Assembly (NCBI GenBank): GCA_050575255.1
Contig: JBNZDD010013701.1
Coordinates: 6,364,084 to 6,428,083, forward strand
Direction: 5' to 3'
Source: Harriotta raleighana
Lineage: Eukaryota
DNA: 64,000 nucleotides
Shown piece by piece: positions 35,331 through 48,689 of this stretch. The notes beneath the pieces were generated by a model. The model had not been told where the DNA came from and did not search any database. It worked only from the letters and a program-made list of their open reading frames with translations. The translations under genes and the position numbers were made by a program. Position 1 is the stretch's first letter, and each line of letters starts with the position of its first letter.

Positions 35331-37304
35331 AAGTTACAAGCATATGGATTATTAGATTTAACTCAGTAAATAAGTTTACACCTGCAAATAAATGAGGGTC
35401 AATAGGTCGCAGTCCTACCAAGATGATTATTATTGTATACAATGTTTAAACATCAAGTTTGTAGCTGGGCAACTAGGTGGCAATTTCTATTTCAGAGAAT
35501 AGAAAGCAAGTTGAGAATAGGGATCCAGTTCTTATATCATTTGCTGGATCAGACTGTGTGGGAACCATTGGTAATATGTTATATTAATTATTACAGCCTT
35601 GCACAATCTAATAAATTTCTAATAACCTCTAAAGGAATACTGCACAAACTAAAATACTAAGAATTGTGGGCTGGTCAAACTCAAGATATTGTCCCAATGA
35701 AACTAACGCATTGTTGATATTTAGTTCTAATTTAGAGGTCAATACCATTATATCTCTCAATTACATTCAATCTTCAGTTTTGTAAGATTGTAAGTGCTCA
35801 CTTTGATTATTGATGCACTGCATCGTAGACATAGAAAGGGGATAAAGTAGGAGGAACAGAAGATTTACTGATAATTAGTTGCCAAGCAATGCCAACATTT
35901 TTGCTCAGGAAGAGCAGATTTCAAGGAAGCAAATATGAAGGGGAGTGTGGAAGCACAAAATAACCTCTGTATATAATTGTAATCTTCAATTCTATTCCTA
36001 AACATATATTCCACTAGTTCTTTTTAATTAACTTAACATCAACCATTTTATAAGAGCATCTATTTACAATAACCAGATGAAAATAACTAATTGATCCCTA
36101 ATCTTGTTGGGGTTCATTATTTTTATACTTGCCTCAAGACTCTTCACTTCGATAGAACCATTGGCAACTCCTTATCCCCCCATTCCCTCCCCCACCCTGT
36201 CCTCAGCTCGGGTCTGAAGCAGTAACTGTCCAGTGCCTTTGGAAGTCCTCCTGATGTAAAAGGCACCATGCAAATGTAATTTTGTTGTTGATGTCTCCAT
36301 CAATTCTATTAGCCTCCGGGCAGACAGGATTGCAAGCAGGATCTCCTCTGGACTGAACTAATTCCAAGGTGATGTGCTGGCTATGGAGTTTTAGAACAGT
36401 GAATCCTTTATGGTTCCTCAGCTAAGGGAAGTCTGCAGCAATCCAAACCAGCGCATGCTTCAGCAGGAATCGAGGGACAAGCCACTGGGCTTCCATTAAC
36501 ACTCCGAGCCAAAGTCCTAACCATCCTGAAAACCATTCTCCCCCATAAATAGTTGAGCTAATTTGCAACAAATTGGTAAATCCAAATTTACATTGCACTT
36601 TCCATGTTGGGGTAATGCCTTGGGGGGGGCAATTAGATGACTGATCACTGCAGACACACTTATCGTTTGCTTGGCTCTATAGCTTGATATCTCAGTAAAA
36701 TTATATGTTACAAGTGCTCTCATCTATTACAGCTTCAAAGACAGGCATAATTCTCCGAAGAGATCAACAGTGGATCACACTGTACTTGAAAAATATTTAT
36801 AGAATAAACTGACCAATTAAATTAAGTTGCAACATTCACAGAGGATAAGTGAATGAATTAACAAAAGCATGGATTTAGAATTGGTTTGGTCATTCTAAAC
36901 CTCTGTCTATTATCCCAGAGGTTCAGGCATAATAAGACTGAGGTTTGGAAATGATCCCTTTAGCCAATGCTCCAGATATGCCTTTTTAAAAAGGCATCAT
37001 TTAAAGAGTTATTGCAGTACTGGGCTCTTCATTTAGTTCTTAAATTTAACCTCTAGTAGTAAGTGGCAGATAGAGACGAGGAAGGCACCAAGTTTGCTTG
37101 TACTGTACTAAGTTTGTTGTTTTCAGCCAAGGCAGCAGCTTGAAGGCTTATAATTTATCACAGAGGTTCAGGAATAGGTTAAAAAAAACCCTAAGATTTC
37201 TGCTTCCAATTGCGAATACATCACCATGCTATTATTTATTCTGCTTTAATAAATGACAATAAAACCAAATAAATATAACTAAGCAAGATCGGATTTATAC
37301 ATAC

Positions 37305-37470
37305 CGTAACTGAATTCCATGTGCTGTATTTTAATGCGCCAGACATAACGTAATCCACAATGTAAAATATCAGTAGACCCACAATTAACACTGGGCTTAC
37401 GAATGTCCAAGTAATCACCCAGTACCAGTTTGGCTTATGTCCTATCATCATTTCAATATCATTCCGGAAT
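37305..37470 (-). CDS. SLC6A20: SLC6A20 exon 10
   Basis: FRNDIEMMIGHKPNWYWVITWTFVSPVLIVGLLIFYIVDYVMSGALKYSTWNSVT; AG/GT boundaries, 166 nt. Confidence 0.94.
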
Positions 37471-37669
37471 CTGTAAAAAATTTACAATTAGTCACCTTTC
37501 TAACAGGACATAATGCACACTTAAAATCTCAATTGTAATCATTTACAGAGTGAAGTGTTTTAGGGAACCAAGGCACAGCCATCACAGAGTTTAAGTGGCA
37601 TTCCATTGCCAGTCATAACTTTTAAAAATAACTCAGCTCCAAGAAAATACTTCTCCATGGAGAATAAGT

Positions 37670-37775
37670 CCACAAATATACAGTCAATTCACTTTACAGT
37701 ATACTCTGTGAAGCGCTTTGGGACGTTGATAAGATGTGAAAAGCGCTATATCAAATGCAAGGATTATTATTATTA
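37670..37775 (+). mobile_element. SINE 3' fragment
   Basis: family tail. Confidence 0.8.
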
Positions 37776-37987
37776 AGTCCCGGGTTGGTCAGAATGAAGA
37801 TGGCTGGTTTTGTATCATATCATAATGGGTGATAATTTTAGCAATGCCCAAGTTGATTAAACCCCTGAGCTGTATCAGGTCACATCATCTCAAGATTGAA
37901 GTAGTCGATTAATTTCCTTAATTAGGAGTACCTTTGATCTGCACTGAAACTCATTTAGATGAATTTTAAAAAACTCTGCTTATTATA

Positions 37988-38870
37988 CAATAATAATCCT
38001 AGCATTTGATACAGTGCCTTATCACATTTTCAAGACGCCTCAAAGCGCTTCATAGAATATACAATAAAAGCCTGTTTATCCGGCACCCACGGGACCTGGC
38101 CAATGCTGCTTAAACCGCTTGCTGGCTAAACGGTCGGATCCGATGCGGAAAACCCAACACAAAAAAATTAACACATACCATATTAATAATAGACTAATTA
38201 ATTGGGACATCCTCCCGATGTGAAAGGTGCTATATAAATGTAATTTTGATTGATTATAACAGATAACAGAATATTGTGTGGGTATTTTATTGTAAATGTT
38301 GCACACTGCACCATATAAATAATAGACTAAATACATTAATAACAGATACTGTAATAACAGAATATTGTATTAGTACTTTATTATTTATACTTAATTTTTG
38401 CAATGGCGGCCGCCATGGGAGGAAGAAAAACGGCATCGCGACTTTAAAAAAAACGGCAGGCTCCACTAGTAGCAAGCCAAAATACCTGCATTGTACTCCG
38501 TGTAACAATCGATTCATTAAATGCGCCACCGCTATTCTGCTGGATAACTTCCGGTTTATCAGATGGGGACTTTTATTTTTTGGATGTGCCGGTCGGTCAT
38601 ACAGAAGTTCTGGTTCATCGAGTCACAGATAAACAGGCTTTTACTGAACTACAATTGCGCACCATTGTCCCACAAACGCTCTTGGATTACTTGAATTTTT
38701 TTTAATTAAAAAAAGAACTCGACAATCAACAAACAACCAGGTTCCCACTGCTAGGTAACCAGAGGCGTGCAGAGTAGGGAAAATTGTCCAACGTTTCACT
38801 AGGCCAAGGAATCAAACCCAGGTTCTCTTGTGAGGCAAGTGTGCTAACCATTAAATTAAAGGACTCCACA
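37988..38870 (-). mobile_element. SINE interrupted by a MITE at 38062-38646
   Basis: tail at 37988-38061; core and head resume at 38647-38870. Confidence 0.75.
38062..38646 (+). mobile_element. Tc1/mariner MITE (family of 6534-7480)
   Basis: TIRs caataaaagcctgtttatc / gataaacaggcttttactg. Confidence 0.85.
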
Positions 38871-40232
38871 TATTATTTGGACAGTGAAGTATGGAAAGAA
38901 AGGTGCAGGAAACGCAGTACTCACTCTTTAATGGTAATGAAATGTAGCAACACAAGTGTTAATAGGAGTTGTCNCCCCCCCCCCCCCCCCTCCGATTTAT
39001 ACTAAATTGTGAAAACTTCACAATTTCTGCTCATAGAAAATCAATGGCGGTTCCACCTTAAAATAACTCCTGTGTAAGAGCCACTGGTATCACCACTTCA
39101 AGTAAGCATGAAAGACAAATTCTGCTTTTTGAATTAATTCACTAGAGGGTCTGAACTTGAAATTGACACATGTGTCTGCATTGGTTTTGCAGCAAGGCTG
39201 TATTTTTCCATGGTTTCACTTTGTTATAGTCTCAAACAGGCAGATCCAGAAATGTATGGGAAAACAGTGCTGTAATTAAGCTCCATTATACTGTAAAGAT
39301 TGATAAATAAAAATTGGAAGATAAAAGTTCATAATAAGAAAGTGGGCATTTGACCCAATTTACCAAATCAATCATGGAGAAAAATCTCAAGTAACTCAAG
39401 AATTTCTCTATGGAGTGATTTATAAAATGGATATCAGTATTACAATGTGCCTAATCTTCATAAGACTTGATAGAATTTTGTTTACCCACAAACAAAAGCC
39501 ACTCCACTTTGCAACACACTGAAGCTCTGTGAGACAGCCTCCTGACATGAAAGGTGCTATATCAAAATATAAGGATTAATGGAATATCATTTGACATTAC
39601 TTTTATGCAAGATGTCTTATTAAAAAACAAGTTTTTATCCTTGTTACAAAGAATAGCAGAGACACAGCACGATTGACTATTAATACTTCTTTTCAGAAAA
39701 AAAGTGCATGAAAGGAAACCACTTCTGGAATAGATTAATCACAACTGGGAAATAGATGAATTTGTTTGTGAACGACCCAATTGCTTTAATCCTTCATCTT
39801 TCACTGAAGAGTTCAACTGTGCATCAATAAGATCAGGAAATAAGTTTAAATACCAAATGGGCAGAAACAGCTCCTTTTATTAAATCATCTAGGGACAGGT
39901 TTCAAGACAAAACAAAAAGAGGCTGAGAAATTAAGAGTAGTTATTAATTTAGTAAAATGTCCCCTATATAAATATTGCAACAACAACTTTCTTGTAATTT
40001 TCTTTTGTTTGCTCTTAAATATTTGGGGTGGACACAAGGAAGAGGAAAACAGGGCAAAACTAGTCTTATGCATGAAATATTTAAAACATATAGAAGTGCT
40101 GAAACATAATGTACATCCCAACATATTATTCAGTATGATAGCTATAAGCCTTAGTGAGGGGCTGAAACCGTACTAGAATTCTTCCTGTAAAACCATTAGT
40201 TAATTAAAATGATCACAAGACATTTCACTTAC

Positions 40233-40392
40233 CTCCTGATTCCGTGGACATAGCAGATGCCTACTACTTCAACTAGAACTATCAGCAACAGAGTCAAGGT
40301 AGCTGCATAGTCGTTGAATATAGAAAACCAGTAGTTTCCCGAACCAATGTTAAAAACAAGTCCAATCAAACAAGCTAGAAGGCATACGATCC
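40233..40392 (-). CDS. SLC6A20: SLC6A20 exon 9
   Basis: IVCLLACLIGLVFNIGSGNYWFSIFNDYAATLTLLLIVLVEVVGICYVHGIR; 160 nt. Confidence 0.94.
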
Positions 40393-41179
40393 CTGTAATA
40401 AAAAAAAACATACTGGCTTAATGTATGGAAAATAACTTAAAAAGTAGCTACCAGCTGATATGCCATGACCCCTACTTCAAACACACTGCTTAAAACTGAG
40501 GAGAAACCATAGAAAAACTTTACAGTATAAACTTATAACCTCTGGTTTGTTTGGTGAATGAATTATACAATTTGTGATTCTATTTTATACTGTCATTCCA
40601 ATTTATAACCAACATGAAAAGCAGTTCATCCTAACGGTATTGGAGAGTTCACCAAGGTGACAAACAACAAAATTACTGGAAAAAAACAATTGGAGAAGCA
40701 CAAGTACTCAAAATGGTTTGAAATGAGTCCAAAGGACAGAAACAGAAGAATATGAAAAACTTTTACATTTTATTTTAAAACATCAACTGTTTCTTCTGAA
40801 GGCATGAAAAAACTTCTGGAAAAATCTGCAGCGCGTGTCTCTGCATTCTGTGTTATGTCTGTAACCTCCTCAAAGTAGAGGATGATAATGGCATAAAACA
40901 GAATTTGCACAGGAAATAAAATAGCAAAGATGTCCTGTGCAGACAAACAAAAGTTAGCAAGTTGATTACTCTTTAAAATGTTATTTGAAAGTTCACCATG
41001 AGTCACTCACCAACCAATTTGCCATTTCAAAAAAAATTTTTAGTATCCATTATTACAACAATTTGCTTCTTGGATAAATCACAAAATACTGATTAGCACG
41101 TGATGCACATAATAATAATAACCCTTGCATTTGATATAGTGCTTTTCACGTCTTCTAGTCATCTCAAAGCACTTCACAC

Positions 41180-41212
<33 letters not shown>

Positions 41213-41221
41213 CTATAGTCA

Positions 41222-42180
41222 AATCACTTTAAATGATTTGTCCTCTTCTCTAACCTTCCTCCAGTTGCCTCTCCTCCATCCTTGACTCCCTTGCCCCCCT
41301 CAACTCCTGGACTGCCTCCTATTCTCGTAAATCCCCCTGGTACACCAGCCACCTCTGAACCCCAAGTGCGAGCTGCCGAACGAGCCCGGACCAAATCAAT
41401 CTTAACGGTCCACCAGCAAATCTGGCTAGACCTCACCAAGGCCTAACGCTCTGCTCTAGCCTCTTCAAAATCCTTCTACTATTCAGAACCAATCTTAGGA
41501 GGCCAAGGACAACCCCAGACTCCTTTTCTCCACCACCAACAAACAGCCTCCTCCGTCCACCCTCCCATGCCTCATCCTACTCTTCAACTAACTGCGAAGA
41601 TTTCCTCAAATCTAAAATCGAAGGGATCCATTCAAGCACCTCTACCCCATTCTCCACTACCTCCCCCAGGATCCATCTTCCTCCCACCCCCCATTACATT
41701 CCTCCAACCCTATCTCTCCCCACCATCTTCTCTGCTCTCCTCCGTAAAANCCCATTCTCTTCTGAAACTCTTGACTGGGAGGCGATGCGAGATTTCCTTG
41801 AGTCCAAAATCAAGGGGATCCATTGAGCTGCCTCCAATTTCCCAACTGCCACTCCCTCCTCATCTCCCCCCCCCCCACCCCCCACATCTCCAACCTCCCA
41901 TTCCTCTCCAAGGCCCTGGAGAGTCGTTGCTTCCCAGCTTCGCTCCTTCTACTCCCGCCACTCCCTCCTTGAACCCCTTCAATCTGGTACTCCATCCCAA
42001 AGTCCCTCTGCTTCACCTCCTCCTTAGCCTCTTTCAAATCTCGCCTCAAGACTTCTCTTTGAGGAGTCGGCAACTCCTTTCCCCCCGTCCTCAGCTCGGG
42101 TCTGAATCAATAATTATCTAGCGCCTTGGAAAGTCCTCATGACGTGAAAGGCGCTATACAAATGTAATTCTGTTGTTGTT
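41222..42180 (+). mobile_element. L2-like LINE fragment, C-rich and internally deleted
   Basis: C-rich ORF2-like sequence ending agcgccttggaaagtcctcatgacgtgaaaggcgctatacaaatg(ttg)n. Confidence 0.65.
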
Positions 42181-42335
42181 TACAGTATATTCTGTGAAGC
42201 ACTTTGAGACGTGTAGAAGAAGTGAAAAGCGCTATATCAAATGCAAGATTATTATTTATTATTGTGAAGTGAATTGACTGTATATGTGGGCAAAACGCGG
42301 CGGCCAACTGCACAGCAGTGTCCCACAAACAGTCA
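42181..42335. mobile_element. two adjacent SINE fragments in opposite orientation
   Basis: tail (+) at 42181-42255 and core (-) at 42262-42335. Confidence 0.7.
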
Positions 42336-44164
42336 AAATGTAGCACCCCAAACAATACATGATTCTAAGCAACAGTAACAAAACATCATGCAACAGAGGG
42401 GATTCTCCGATCGGTAAATTTAATGATCTGGTGAGACAGCACGTTTTATTCTCAACTGATCGGTACATTTACCAACCTAGGTAGTTTAAGCTTATAATGG
42501 ATAAGTTCCATTCTAAGAGCATGCTACCAACCAGCTAACGGAAATCAGACGGGTTAGCCCTCTATTTACTGACCAGCGGAGAATCACCCTTAAAATTTCC
42601 TTCCTGTAATATATACCTCACTACTACATTCTTTTACTTGGCTCTCAAATAAAGGGTGCATTTTTGATAATGTGTTAACATATAAACTGGGGCAAAGTCA
42701 ACTGATTTACTTTCACGAGATATCGGGCACATCAACATTTTGCCTTCTTTCCATTATGGAGATTATATTGCTGTAACAAAACAATAAACAAAACAAAGTC
42801 AGTTGTGAAAGACTGCAGACAGTGGGTTTGTTTTTGTTCCCCTCAATGTTAGTTAAGTGAAAGATGTGTTATCTTCTGGCTGTGGATGCCAGAACATAAA
42901 TATGACCCGTCAACATCAGATAGGTCAGGTGGTGTGAGGAGAGGCCAGGGATAGAATGAGGGATAGGAGGGGAAAGCCTCACTAAGATAAAGATCCCACC
43001 CTGTGGTGTAAAAGGCCTACACGTCTGAGGATTTTTCCCTGTGCTCTGAGGGAGGAAACTGTCTATTTTGGGTGGTCTTGAAAGGTTGTTTTGGATCCCA
43101 GAAAATTGAAATGGTCAATATTTAAACTCTTCCAAAATGTCTGAACATAAAGCAGTTCTGAATGGCACAGATTTACAAATTATTGATAAGTTGAAGTCCC
43201 AATTTTATCCCCCACCCATCGCCCCACAATTTTTCCTTCCAAAATCAGATAAAATCTGACAAATACTCAGCAGTGTGGCGTCACAACGTGCTGCAATGGC
43301 AAATTCCCATATGGCAAGTTCCCGATCTTGACCATGCTGGCCGGGGAGGCACTGAGAGAAGAAAAACAAAACAAAAGGCATGTGAGTCACCCTTGGCTGT
43401 TGTTGTGCACCTCCTAGCAGTTGGCTCAAAAGCACCATAGCACCATTGGCAGAGGCCTAGCCTAGAAGCAGGTTGCCTATCCACAGTCCTCATCATGAAG
43501 CGTGGCATGGGGGACCGGGAAGATGACTAAAAAGGAGGGGAAGGAAAAAAAATTAGAAAAAGAAAACAATGACATTGATCACCAAGGTAGAATTTAAACA
43601 TGTGGAGTAAAGTATGTCTGTCATCAGGGCAAGTTCAGAAGTTTCCAAATACACCTTTTGAAAATGCAAGCAGACAGGGACTAGGGTTAATACAGTGCAT
43701 TAGCACTATATTCTTGCTTTATTATAATTTGTTTCAATGCAGCCCAGACTGATGGGATGAAAGTCTTCCCTCTCTCCGCTGGCTGTAATAGTCCTACATG
43801 TTATGCTTTGGGGCAATCTCAACCCAGTTCCTAGAGGGTGTGAGTCCTTAACACAAAACTGAACATCATTAGACACTAAATGGTAATAAATGTTCAGTTT
43901 CAGTCTGTTAGGATTGGTGATGCGGGCAGTGGAAGAAATCATGCAAGTGCAATGTGGGGTTGCTCCTCTGAGGTTGGGATTAATGCACATTGTTGGAGTA
44001 GAGTAGAGGGAGCTTTACTCTGCCCCTGTCTGTGTTACACCCACCCAGGGAGTTCTTGAGGCTGAGACTAGCTGCAAAATGTGGAAAAGTGTTCCATTCT
44101 CCAGCAGTGATAGCCCTCACACCATGGTGAGAACAGAAATAAAGTGTAAGCAGATCAGCCTTAC

Positions 44165-44372
44165 CCGTCATGACTTCTTTCGGCATATGTTTTGAAATGA
44201 TCTTCATGTCTCTGAGAGGAGTGATGACTCCTGCTGTATTTCCCACCATACTACCAATTCCCAACATCAAGAGCATTGAAAAGTACAAAACCGACCAGAT
44301 CTGGGACGGCCCAGGCATGTTCACAATTGCTTCAGTAAAGACTATAAATGAAAGTCCAGTGCCTTCAGCAGC
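44165..44372 (-). CDS. SLC6A20: SLC6A20 exon 8
   Basis: [53 protein letters not shown]...KEVMT; 208 nt. Confidence 0.94.
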
Positions 44373-44779
44373 CTAGGAGAGAAACAAAAACCTCACAATA
44401 AAACAATGACAAGATCAAACAACTCCTGAGTTCATTGTTATCCTCCAAGTCCCTAAATCACCAAACCTCATCTGTAAGATGATGGTGAAACAGGCTTAGC
44501 TACATAGTGGCTTTGTGCTTCAGATCCTTCACATGCTGATCTGTGAAGAAGCATCAAAGAGGCAAACAAGAAATGCCCCGAGATGAATTTGCTAATGGGT
44601 AAACCAATCAGTGGATTCAGCATAAATTACTGATCCTTCTGTAATAACCAATCGCAAAAATGCTATTAGTGAACCTTTACATTAGAAAGGAACCCATAAA
44701 TTAAGATTATAATTAAGGTTACAATGCGGAACCTTTGACACGCTGTTTGACCCTCAACTGTCCTTCACCCACCATAGCT

Positions 44780-45396
44780 GTGCCAGGACCTGTTCTGCCT
44801 TTCCTCACCTCCACAACAATACCCCACTCCGCCAGTGTCCCATACTGCAGGTCGCCGAGCTCCTTATCCACGAGCTCACCACATCAAGGGTTGACCACGC
44901 TGACTCCTCGCTTATCAGCTTCTATAACTCCTCTCTCCTCAGGCTGCAGATTACCCAAAACTCTGTAACACGTGTCCACTCCCGCCTTATCACCCGCATC
45001 CTCTCCTGTCCCCACTAGCTCCCCATCACTCAAGGTTACATATGGTTCAAGATCCTGCATCTTCACCTTCAAAGCTCTCCATGGACTCGATCCTCTGTAA
45101 CTACGTGACCTCCTAAACCTCTACCAACTTGTCCACTCCATTCGCTCAGCAGACTACGGCCTGCTTCTTGTCCGCCACCTTACCATTGGCGGGCGACTTG
45201 AGACTCTTTGCCTCCATCCACTGGAACTCCATCCACTTTGCTGCTCCCCAGGTTCCTGTAAGACCCTCTTCTTCAACTGTGTCTTTGATCACCATCCCAC
45301 CTAACCTCCCTGCAGTCCTCCTTATCCCAATCACCAGCACTTTGGGACAACCTCCTGACATGGAAGGCCCTATACAATTGTCAGTTTTTTATTATT
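44780..45396 (+). mobile_element. degenerate L2 LINE fragment
   Basis: colinear with the 3' part of 46656-47760. Confidence 0.65.
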
Positions 45397-45998
45397 GAGG
45401 TTGACGACTTATTAGAAAGGTTCTCCCATTTGGCTTCCATCAGAACCTGCACCAAACTCTAGAAGCAGAAGCCCGCTCAATAGCCCCCATCCTATCTGGT
45501 GGGTTTTTAGCCAATCTGCCACTTGCTCTCTGTAACACCTGGCGATTCTCCCCAAATCACTCCCCCCCCTACCTTTGTTGAAGGCAAGTCTCAAGAGGTA
45601 CCTCTCTGACTGCTTTCAGTTTTCTTTGCTCTCCTCACCCCCACTCAGGTGAGGCTAGGTAGCATTTTGGCTGCCCAGCATTTTGAGAAATCCTCCTAAA
45701 GCGAAAGGCACTATATAAATGCAATACATTTTTACTAATAGAGATTAGCGAGTTCTTCTGGATGGTACCACACTTAGGGTGTACAGTTAGTCCTGGTGCT
45801 CTCAGTTAGTCCTCTCTACTTAGACTATTCCCTTTGGCCCTATTCCTCCACTGTAGTGACCATGGTTTAACTAGTCATTTCTCACTTCTTCCTTCAAAAT
45901 TTTCTCCTAAACTTCCATGTCTTGTGTCTTCTCTCCCTGCCTTCAAAACTCTCAAACTCCTTTGGCCAAGGTTTTACTCAACATCCTTAAATTCTCAT

Positions 45999-46382
45999 TT
46001 GCAAGCCGATTTCAAGATCCTCACTCTTGTTTTCAAATCTCTCCACTCCTTGCACCCTCCAACCTCTCTGACCTCCTCTCCCCAACACAGCAAGCACCCG
46101 TTGCCTTCGCTCCGCCGGTTCTGGTCTCCTCCATCCCCCAAATCCTCCGCTTCACCATCGGCGGCCATGCCTTCAGCCACTATGCCCTGAAGCTCTGGAA
46201 CTCCATTCCTCACTTCGCCCATTTCTTCCTAGTTTCAGGTCTCAGCTGAAGAACTTTCTTTTCAACCGCGCCTTTGGTCACCTATTCCCCCCCGCTCATG
46301 GCTTGGGCCCGAGATCCGCTATTGTGAAGCGCTCTGAGACTCCAGTCGGCGTGGAGGGCACTAAATAAATTAAAGTTGTTGT
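45999..46382 (+). mobile_element. L2 LINE 3' fragment
   Basis: FKILTLVFKSLHSL; tail gtgaagcgctctgagac...ggagggcac.aaataaatt(ttg)n. Confidence 0.75.
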
Positions 46383-46655
46383 TTCAGCTCTTTTGGGATG
46401 TCCTCTCGAAATGAAAGGGGCTATGTGAATTGATTGTTGCCGCCGAATGAAAACATCCAAACTTCTCCATTGTGTTGTTGCTTTATAATTCGCTACCGGC
46501 ATTTTTATTCTTACTCCTCTCATAAAAACATGAGTGTTCTGACCATAGTCATTTCATCAAAGGGAGGTATGCAAGTCCCCTCCACAGGGTGGAAAATAAA
46601 ATACCACAGGCAGAATATCTGCCCTGTCATACATAGCTTCTTCTTTTCATACACT

Positions 46656-47760
46656 CAAATGGCTTTTCCTCCAGCCCCCGCACTGTCTCGTGCGGCGTCC
46701 CTCAGGGCTCTGTCCTTGGTCCTCTCCTCTTCACCCTCTATATGCTCCCCCTTGGTGACATCATCCGCAGACATGGGGTTAACTTCCACATGTATGCGGA
46801 TGACACCCAACTCTACCTTTCCTCCTCTACCCTCAACTCCACGACTACTGATGTCCTGACAGCCTGCCTGTCTGACATCCGAATCCTGGACGAGAGACAA
46901 CTTTCTTCAGCTCAATGTCCGGAAAACCGAGGCCCTCCTGATTGGTTCGCGTCAGCGCCTCCGCAACTCGGGTGCTGACAGCATCAGCATCCAAGGCTGC
47001 ACTCTCCACCTCGCAAAGCCAGTCGGGAACCTCGGTGTTCTATTTGACCCTGAGCTGTCCTTTCTCCCCCACATCCGCGCCACAACTAGCACTGCCTTCC
47101 ACCACCTCCGGAACATCGCCAGGCTACGACACTGCCTCACCCCTTATCCTGCTGAAACACTAGTCCACGCCTTCATCACCTCAAGGCTGGACTATGGGAA
47201 ATCTCCTCTCGTAGGCCTTCCTGGCTCCTCCATCCACAAGCTGCAGGTCATCCAGAACTCTGCAGCTCGTGTACTCTCCCGCACCAGGCTTCGAGACCAC
47301 ATCACTCCCAACCTCGCCCGTCTCTACTGGCTCCCCCATCCCCCAGAGGATTGAATTCAAGATCCTCATCCTTAACTATAAGGCCATTCATGGCCTTGCT
47401 CCCTCCTACCTCTCCAACCTACTATCCCCCTATCTACCTGCCCGTACCCTCCGTTCCTCTGGCTCTGATCTGCTCCACATCCCCTGCCCTAACTGTCCTA
47501 CCATTGGCGGCCGGGCTTTCAGCCGCTCAGCCCCCAGGCTCTGGAACTCCATCCCCCAGTGTCTTCGCCTCGCTTCCTCCCTTTCCTCTTTCAAAGGTCT
47601 CAAGACCTTTCTCTTCGACTGTGCCTTCAGCTCCCCTCTCGACTCTCCACCCCCTCCTCGCTCCCACCCCCTGCTCAGGTCTTAAACCAACTGTCCAGCG
47701 CCTTGGGACGTCCTCCCGATGTGAAACGCGCTCTATAAATGCAATCTTGTTATTGTTGTA
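46656..47760 (+). mobile_element. L2 LINE, 3' about 1.1 kb (RT C-terminus)
   Basis: [11 protein letters not shown]-like and [14 protein letters not shown] motifs, FKILILNYKAIHGLAPSYL; tail ctgtccagcgccttgggacgtcctcc. Confidence 0.9.
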
Positions 47761-48357
47761 GCTATCACTTTCTGAAGGATAAATACAGTAGTGCATATAT
47801 CTTATGGATCTACTTAAGTACTGCATATATCTTATGGATCAACTCCGAGGCAGTCTATAGAAGGAGTGTAAGTCTATCACCCTGAAGAAACTTTCCATCC
47901 AATATTCCCCTTTCAGCAGTGAACAATTTATGTTGTTTAATAAGAGTGCCCTGCTGGTTTAATAAGTATCTGCAACATCAAGTAGTCCTAAGCTTTCACT
48001 GTTCTGCACTGAAACAGCTGATCTAAGACAGGGAGAAATTAAGGCGCAATTAGTCTCGGTTACGGGCTAGAGAAATTACAAATCCAAAAATGCTGCAAAA
48101 TGCATACATGGGCATGCCAGTTAAAAGCAGGATCTTGTTTAACTCTGACACCCTGTGGTGAATTGCTCACTTCTCAAGAATTCACTAGAGTGAGGTAACC
48201 GGGGGAGAGTGCAACCGAAACTGCTGGCGCATGGGAGGGAACTAAGTTTTATGAGAGAAAAAGGGGGGAGAAAGTTGAGGGAAATATGTATTTAACTTGC
48301 ATTTTAAATAATGCCCCAAAGAGTAAATCTCATTTTCAGAGAAAAATATTAAAATAC

Positions 48358-48520
48358 CGTGTCTAATTGAGATTGCAGATCACACTGTTCAAGGTGAGGA
48401 ATAATTGCAGAAAATTTTTCTGGTTCTGATGAATTCAGGAACTCCATCCAATTGTTAATATTTGAATGGGTTATACTCCCTTCCTTCACATCAAAAGTGT
48501 TCATAAGTAGCAAAACCATC
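48358..48520 (-). CDS. SLC6A20: SLC6A20 exon 7 (extracellular loop)
   Basis: MVLLLMNTFDVKEGSIT...CDLQSQLDT; 163 nt, phases fit. Confidence 0.93.
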
Positions 48521-48689
48521 CTATAATCAAAAACACAGTTATTAATTTGGTATATTATCTCGTTATAATAATCTTTGCATTTTATAAAGCTGTTTTCACA
48601 CCTTCTAGACATCTTAAAATCACTTCACAGAATATACTGTAATGTCAATTAACTGCACCTTGTAGGTGAAATGTGACAGCAAATCACAC

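Noticed and set aside
43960-44130. putative ancient SINE-like relics (also about 1900-2170, 2880-3010, 50480-50700, 51690-51910)
   Set aside because: They look repeat-derived, but I cannot assign family or boundaries without a Dfam search.
47788-47843. 30-bp tandem duplication (gta.tgcatatatcttatggatc)x2
   Set aside because: Ordinary local slippage duplication in an intron with no sign of function.
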